From positions 62,001-126,000 of the IMG/VR virus record IMGVR_UViG_3300048672_001051: a stretch of 64,000 bases of DNA; one strand, 5' to 3'. The notes below the pieces were generated by a model, which was given only the letters and a program-made list of their open reading frames with translations, did no database searches and had not been told where the DNA came from. Below, piece by piece: positions 58,646-64,000 of this stretch (positions are counted from its first letter, which is position 1; every line of letters starts with the position of its first letter). The translations under genes were made by a program, and so were the position numbers.

Positions 58646-59026
58646 TTACTGATAAACAGTATTTACAACTTCTCTAGGCCAAACTTCATAAAGTTTAGAA
58701 AGTTCTTGAACGCCGTCGTATGATGTATAAATACCCGTCTGTTTTAAAAAACGATTATAAGGTACAACCTTAAAAACAGTATAATATTCTTCTCCAGCGC
58801 CTTCGTATCCGCCGTAACTATCTACTATTTCAAATAGTTTTAATTCTAACTCTGTCAATGCTGTAGGCACTGCAGAATCTTGTATTAAAAAATCAGCTAG
58901 CGTGTTATGTCTGAAACAAAAGCTATGTTCATCAATTACTGAGTTAACAAATGCTAACAAGGTATCAAATTCAATATTAGCTTGTAAAACTTCATTATAA
59001 AAAATTTTTAAATCATTTGCGTTCAT
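58646..59026 (-). CDS. hypothetical protein, paralog of the upstream gene
   Basis: 126 aa; GGYEGAGE, YTSYDG, YEVWP. Confidence 0.55.
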   Translation of the reverse strand: MNANDLKIFYNEVLQANIEFDTLLAFVNSVIDEHSFCFRHNTLADFLIQDSAVPTALTELELKLFEIVDSYGGYEGAGEEYYTVFKVVPYNRFLKQTGIYTSYDGVQELSKLYEVWPREVVNTVYQ

Positions 59027-59027
59027 A

Positions 59028-59414
59028 TTAAAATTCTGAAAGTTTTACATACTGTACAGTATGTTTAGGTTTAACTTCGTACATATCGAAATTGTAAGGC
59101 GAGACGCTGTCATAAGAGTTGTAAAAACACTCAATAGAAATGTAACGACCAAATGGTAAAATTTCGTATGTGACCACATCGGTATAATCCTCATTTTCAA
59201 CGTCACATACAAATTTAAATATCAATGATTCAATAGCATTGAGCTTTAAAATATCAGAACTTAAAACTGGAGTGTTGTCTACAAGACCAGCTGAGAGTTG
59301 CATAGAAGCGCTAATGAAACCTAAGTTCTTTTTCAAGACACTTAAAATATCATTAAAATCTAACTCATTACTCAATATTTTTTGATAGTAACTTTCTATT
59401 TCTTCAAATGTCAT
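59028..59414 (-). CDS. hypothetical protein, paralog of the downstream gene
   Basis: 128 aa; YNSYD, YEVKP. Confidence 0.55.
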   Translation of the reverse strand: MTFEEIESYYQKILSNELDFNDILSVLKKNLGFISASMQLSAGLVDNTPVLSSDILKLNAIESLIFKFVCDVENEDYTDVVTYEILPFGRYISIECFYNSYDSVSPYNFDMYEVKPKHTVQYVKLSEF

Positions 59415-59426
59415 TTTTAATCTCTC

Positions 59427-60392
59427 TTAAACGCAATAGTCAGCATAAACTTGTAAAATAAATTTCTCACTATTAAAACAATCTTGCTCTAAATAACTTA
59501 AAAGCATTTCACGGCTATACTGAGACTTTAAATAGTGGATAAACCTACCAAGTGCGTAAGGTTCTAAAGTTATAAGTGATAAAATTTTATCACCTCCAAA
59601 ATTTTCTTTTAATTTTTTATTTAAAGATTCTCTTAAAAAGTCTTCTTTTAAAACTAAAGTTAATTCTGGAAAATTGTATACAACAGCGGATTGTCGATCA
59701 AACTTATAAGTAAATTTTTCTTGTAAGTTTTCACAATAACTTAGAAACATATTGTAAGTTTTTCTTTTACGGTCTCTAACTTTGTTAGCGTGATTTAAAT
59801 TTTCATAGGCATAAATATTTTTATTAAAATACGGAGACTGAGAAACCCAATCAAATAATTCAATATAAGTATCAAAACCTAATTTAAACTTTTCAACGTC
59901 TAATTTTAAAATATCTAAAATTTTAAAATAATCAGTTGTTAATAATGTGGTACTTAGTATACGATCTTTTTGTTCTGATCTATGAATATAAAATAAGCCA
60001 TTATGGCCGTGCTTAAAACCTAAAGATTTACTTAGACGGCCAACAATATTTCCAGCATCATTCCAACTGTAATAGTTTTTAGAGTAAGCTAACTCTTCAG
60101 GTGTAGCTGCAAAAATAAAATCTATTTGAAAATTATTAATCAGCGCAGATAAAACAGAACCATTCTTACTAAAAGCTATACCAGCAGTTGTAAAGTAGTC
60201 TCTAAATTTAGAGACACTACCTAAAACTAAAATATCTAAATCACCAAAACTATCTTTCTCACGGACATAATCAATAGTTTCAAATAAAGCAGCTGGGTCA
60301 ATACCTTTAACAAGCTCGATAATACTCAAAACAGTATTATCATAATCTTCGCGACAAAGGCGAACAGATGACTGCCAAATATTGCCACCCAT
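59427..60392 (-). CDS. nucleotidyltransferase-fold (Pol X-like) phage protein
   Basis: MGGN, SFGDLDILV, FQIDFI. Confidence 0.6.
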   Translation of the reverse strand: MGGNIWQSSVRLCREDYDNTVLSIIELVKGIDPAALFETIDYVREKDSFGDLDILVLGSVSKFRDYFTTAGIAFSKNGSVLSALINNFQIDFIFAATPEELAYSKNYYSWNDAGNIVGRLSKSLGFKHGHNGLFYIHRSEQKDRILSTTLLTTDYFKILDILKLDVEKFKLGFDTYIELFDWVSQSPYFNKNIYAYENLNHANKVRDRKRKTYNMFLSYCENLQEKFTYKFDRQSAVVYNFPELTLVLKEDFLRESLNKKLKENFGGDKILSLITLEPYALGRFIHYLKSQYSREMLLSYLEQDCFNSEKFILQVYADYCV

Positions 60393-60394
60393 AC

Positions 60395-60817
60395 TTATTT
60401 ACTCACTGCAGGTACATGATTAAGCGAACTTAATAAACTAGTTTTTTGAATTTTAACTTTAGCTGCAGAAACTTCATGAATATTATTAAAATTACTGGCA
60501 GCTACAACAATATTAGGTGTGATTCCACGACGATCAAGTTCTTCTGTATATGGTCGAAGATCTTTCAAGTGTATGAAAGTGTCAGATACAACAACATTTG
60601 AATTATTATTTAAAGCATTTAAAAATTTACAGTAACAATAATTATGGGCGGCTTGTAGCCTAGTGGCATCAAACCGGTAAGTCCCATCTGGTTTATACCA
60701 GTACTGGTCTGCCTCGCAATGTACGGCATTTAAAGCAGAAGCTAAGTGTAAAGCAAGGGTGGACTTGCCAGAACCAGACCACCCGCGAATTAAATAAACA
60801 GTTGGTTTACTATTCAT
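60395..60817 (-). CDS. P-loop kinase (AAA_33-like)
   Basis: IRGWSGSGKST, EAD, VVVSDTF. Confidence 0.8.
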   Translation of the reverse strand: MNSKPTVYLIRGWSGSGKSTLALHLASALNAVHCEADQYWYKPDGTYRFDATRLQAAHNYCYCKFLNALNNNSNVVVSDTFIHLKDLRPYTEELDRRGITPNIVVAASNFNNIHEVSAAKVKIQKTSLLSSLNHVPAVSK

Positions 60818-60882
60818 TTTTAAGATCTCTCAATAAAGTAATAATCTCTAAGTAACAGCAGCAACAATTATTACAAACATCT

Positions 60883-60912
60883 AACGACTCTCGAAGATCT
60901 TCGAGAGTCGTT
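60883..60912. repeat. perfect 30-bp palindrome
   Basis: AACGACTCTCGAAGATCTTCGAGAGTCGTT equals its own reverse complement. Confidence 0.9.
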
Positions 60913-60970
60913 GAGAAGTTTGAAACTTGTTTTATAGTTGAGTCGCTAATATTAGCACAAATACAAACTA

Positions 60971-61864
60971 TCATTTTTCGTGCAAGAATTTTTCTAAGTA
61001 TTGTTCATAAAATTGTCCAATACAAGCCATAAGGGTACCGGCTAAAAATCCTATTAGAATACCAATAAGATGTTCAACATATGTATTTATAACAAGTGTA
61101 TGTAAAATTGGATAAACAGTCTCTAGACTGTGTAACAAAATCCCACCACCAACAATATACATTGCAATTGTACCTAACACAGTTAAAAGCTTTAAAAGCT
61201 TAGGCGAAGCTGTTACAGCAAAATTACCAAGCTTATTATAACCACGACGTAAAGCCCAAAGGCCAAAATCATCGAGTCTTAAAATAAGTACAACTGCACC
61301 GTATGTACCTATAAGTACAAAAATAGATACAATTGCAAGAATTAGTAATTTTGCAGAAATTGTGAAGGCTACAGGAATTAATCCTAATATAAGAATTAAA
61401 ATTTCAGCAGTTAAGATGAAATCTGTACGGATTGCATTTTTAATCTTTTTATCTTCATAGTCTTTTAAACTAAAAGATTGGTCTTTGAATTTTTCAACTA
61501 ATTGCAAACGTTCCGCTTGCGCTGTAGGGTGAAATAAAAATTCTAAAACTTTTTCACTAGCTTCATAACAAAGATACAAACCACCTAAAACTAATAGTGG
61601 CAAAATAATCCAAGGAATGAAGGTGCTTAATAACAATGCAATCGGAACTAAAAGCAACTTGTTATAAAATGAGCCTTTAGCTACAGTATAAATAACACGG
61701 AGTTCTCGTTCAGACTTAATGCCATTAAGCTGTTCAGCACTAACGACTAAGTCGTCAATTAGTAATCCAGAAGTTCGTTGTATTGCAGCTTTCGATGTTA
61801 AAGCAATATCATCAAGCAATACACTCAAATCATCTAACAAAGCCAACAATGATAAACCAGACAT
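60971..61864 (-). CDS. yedI: DUF808/YedI-like inner membrane protein
   Basis: LLALLDD, IDDL, ERELRV, KGS..NK, GGLYLCYE, IRTDFILTAEI; several transmembrane segments. Confidence 0.8.
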   Translation of the reverse strand: MSGLSLLALLDDLSVLLDDIALTSKAAIQRTSGLLIDDLVVSAEQLNGIKSERELRVIYTVAKGSFYNKLLLVPIALLLSTFIPWIILPLLVLGGLYLCYEASEKVLEFLFHPTAQAERLQLVEKFKDQSFSLKDYEDKKIKNAIRTDFILTAEILILILGLIPVAFTISAKLLILAIVSIFVLIGTYGAVVLILRLDDFGLWALRRGYNKLGNFAVTASPKLLKLLTVLGTIAMYIVGGGILLHSLETVYPILHTLVINTYVEHLIGILIGFLAGTLMACIGQFYEQYLEKFLHEK

Positions 61865-61949
61865 GATTTAAATAAACCTTAAAAACGTTAAAAATTAAAA
61901 TAGCATAATGGAACGTTCAACTAATATGCATTAAGAAGTTATGAACAAC

Positions 61950-62234
61950 TTAAAGTTGCTCATCTTCATCCAAATATTCTACAACAACATCGGTCGACCA
62001 AGGTTTAGCTGAAAACATATAATTAACTCTATCAATAAAGTGATAACCGTTAAGTATAATTAAAGATCCGCCAGTATCAACAAGAGTCCAAATTAAAGAA
62101 TCATGATTTTTTGAAATAAACTCAAGATCTTTGCCATATGTTTCAAAAAGACCGGCCTCATTTCCAGATTCTGTGGGGCCTAAATAGGGTGAATATTGTT
62201 CAACCCACTCATCATAAGTTAAATTTGTAGACAT
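61950..62234 (-). CDS. hypothetical protein
   Basis: 94 aa; [21 protein letters not shown]. Confidence 0.55.
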   Translation of the reverse strand: MSTNLTYDEWVEQYSPYLGPTESGNEAGLFETYGKDLEFISKNHDSLIWTLVDTGGSLIILNGYHFIDRVNYMFSAKPWSTDVVVEYLDEDEQL

Positions 62235-62362
62235 GCCAAAGTACCTAAGTTAAAGACTGTTAACAAATAGTTGCACCAAAGACTGTCTGATGAACCGCGA
62301 AACGTTGGTATACCAGACTCGGCGCTAATTCCAGCGCCTGTTATAAAAACTAAATTTTCCAC
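62219..62362 (-). pseudogene. truncated Sir2/CobB N-terminal remnant (47 aa, not in ORF track)
   Basis: Translated by hand: [29 protein letters not shown], then divergent sequence and a stop. Confidence 0.75.
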
Positions 62363-63747
62363 TAAGTTAAGTCCTCAGATAACCCTGTAGTCTTAAGTGA
62401 TAATTCCCAATGCATATCTATAAACCTAATTATAGCTTGAGCATCAACATCAGCACTAAATACAATATTTGGACCGTGATGATTTAGATGAACTACCCAA
62501 ATTAATTGGCCATTGTCAAGATAATACTCACGTAAACCTTGTATTGTGTTTTCAGCACAACTTAAACTTATTGTTTTATCAATAGCATTGTGGGAACCAC
62601 ACTCAGCTTCAAATTGAGACTTACAATTAATAAAGTCCCTACTAGCTGACTTTAAAGGGCAATGAAAATGGACAATACAATCTAATGTCGGATATGCATC
62701 AAATACAGATCTTTGAGTCTGACCGCCAACAGATGGCTTAGCACCATAAGCATAAATATGATCTGGGCCATCTGTAACAACTTTAACTAAACCTAAAGAC
62801 TCTAATTCATTAAAATTAGATTTACGCATGGATGTTAAGAAAGTATTAGAACTTATACGCTGTGCAAAATGCCCAACGGATCCGATCTTACCAGTACCAT
62901 CACCTACAGTGAAAGTTTTATAAGCGCCTTTACTTGTAACGTAGTTTACAACGTCTCTAAGAGTGCTAGCGACTTCTTCTGAGTTCCAAGGTACCAATGC
63001 ACTATCAATTACAGTAGAGCGCGTAAACGCTAAATTAGAGCGCTTAATGGCCATATCTACTAATGCTTCTAGTGCATCCTCTCTGGTATTATACCAATAA
63101 GAAGATTCTTCAGGTGTAATTAAACCATTATTTAAAATATCTGGGGAGACATCGTTTACAAAAACAATATTGGCTGAAGATTGTTTTACCAATTTCAGTC
63201 CACGTTCAAACTGAATTTCTTTAGATTTCCCACAAGTGGTTTTAAAACCAACCAATAAAATATCTTTACGAGTTTTACGAATTTTATTAATTACTTTTTC
63301 ATAAGGCTCTAGAGCTAATTCTGCTGAAGCAACATTATGAAGTCTTTCTGCATATTTGTTAAACATTGGTGCATTTAAATCACGGCAAACTCTTGTATAC
63401 CTATGGCCAACATTTAAATTATCTCTAGCGTGATACTTTAAATGTGTAGGTTTAAATTCAACCATGGCGATATTGAATACAACAATACGAACATCTGGGT
63501 CTTCAATAATTCTATCGACTTCTGAAGAAACATCTTCAGGCGTATCCATAGTACTATTAGCAGGATCTGCCATCTTAGTTAATTTTAAAATAACATCCAT
63601 TTTATTTTGTGGATGTTCTTTAAAAAGCTGCTCTAATTGCCTAGCAGTATTGCCGTAAGCAGGTGCAGACAATGCAAAATGATTGTAAACATAGGAGTTA
63701 GTGCCACCACCTAAAATTACTATTTTTTTGTTAGCTGGTAAAGCCAT
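62362..63747 (-). CDS. CoaB/DFP-like domain fused to class II aldolase/adducin-like domain
   Basis: [37 protein letters not shown]; C-terminal [21 protein letters not shown]. Confidence 0.6.
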   Translation of the reverse strand: MALPANKKIVILGGGTNSYVYNHFALSAPAYGNTARQLEQLFKEHPQNKMDVILKLTKMADPANSTMDTPEDVSSEVDRIIEDPDVRIVVFNIAMVEFKPTHLKYHARDNLNVGHRYTRVCRDLNAPMFNKYAERLHNVASAELALEPYEKVINKIRKTRKDILLVGFKTTCGKSKEIQFERGLKLVKQSSANIVFVNDVSPDILNNGLITPEESSYWYNTREDALEALVDMAIKRSNLAFTRSTVIDSALVPWNSEEVASTLRDVVNYVTSKGAYKTFTVGDGTGKIGSVGHFAQRISSNTFLTSMRKSNFNELESLGLVKVVTDGPDHIYAYGAKPSVGGQTQRSVFDAYPTLDCIVHFHCPLKSASRDFINCKSQFEAECGSHNAIDKTISLSCAENTIQGLREYYLDNGQLIWVVHLNHHGPNIVFSADVDAQAIIRFIDMHWELSLKTTGLSEDLT

Positions 63748-63754
63748 TATATTT

Positions 63755-64000
63755 TTACTCTAAGAAGAGTTTAAAAAACTCTTTTGTTGGAATTTTAACA
63801 CCGCTAGACATCTGATGCCCGCCACCACCAAGCTCTTTAGCTATTTCTGAAACATCTACACCAGTCTCAACTGATCTAAAACTAACATGTGCAACATCCC
63901 CACGTATTTCATACATAATAGAAAAAGTATATGGATTTGCTTTAGCTAAAGCATTTCCAACATGACTACTAAATTTGTAATAACAATTACAAATAGGTAC
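63755..64000 (-). CDS. DHH/DHHA1-family phosphoesterase (C-terminal part; 5' truncated)
   Basis: Translated by hand: SFRSVETGVDVSEIAKELGGGGHQMSSG. Confidence 0.8.
   Translation of the reverse strand, partial: VPICNCYYKFSSHVGNALAKANPYTFSIMYEIRGDVAHVSFRSVETGVDVSEIAKELGGGGHQMSSGVKIPTKEFFKLFLE

Noticed and set aside
1459-63658. Short opposite-strand or nested ORFs in the track (1459-1755, 2631-2867, 12647-12856, 15542-15835, 20723-20911, 25051-25245, 28153-28425, 41911-42192, 44148-44417, 44834-45058, 45649-45936, 45993-46253, 47239-47436, 51101-51289, 51205-51450, 52979-53173, 53404-53592, 63464-63658)
   Set aside because: They overlap well-supported genes or intron cores and have no motifs, so they are treated as shadow ORFs.
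1-64000. tRNA or rRNA genes
   Set aside because: No cloverleaf or rRNA-like segment was recognised in the intergenic gaps. A tRNAscan-SE run would be needed to exclude them formally.

Overview
AT-rich (about 30% GC by eye) segment of a large dsDNA phage genome; the gene content suggests a Gram-negative host. Bases 1-3327 (+) carry probable virion genes. The rest is an almost continuous minus-strand run of replication, recombination, nucleotide-metabolism and accessory genes: SbcCD-like nuclease, SSB, family A DNA polymerase, RecQ, primase-helicase, NrdAB, ligase, DHFR, ThyA, exonuclease, RecA and RuvC. I reconstructed five group I introns by hand from splice junctions, P1/P10 guide pairings and P/Q/R/S core motifs (two in polA, two in a JAB peptidase gene, one in a ThiF/E1 gene), plus two inteins (polA and a metallophosphoesterase). 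Removing the introns reveals a complete PRTRC-like ubiquitin-type module (Ubl, E2-like, JAB, E1-like ThiF). In it the JAB zinc motif is partly encoded by an 18-nt micro-exon, and one intron carries an antisense homing endonuclease with its own promoter. Other notable features are a split nrdA with a Hint-like remnant, a free-standing degenerate intein, a radical SAM/oxygenase/GNAT/SpeE/SpeD cluster, a CoaB-aldolase-like fusion and a Sir2 remnant. No tRNA, rRNA or CRISPR array was recognised. All assignments come from motif recognition; no database searches were run.
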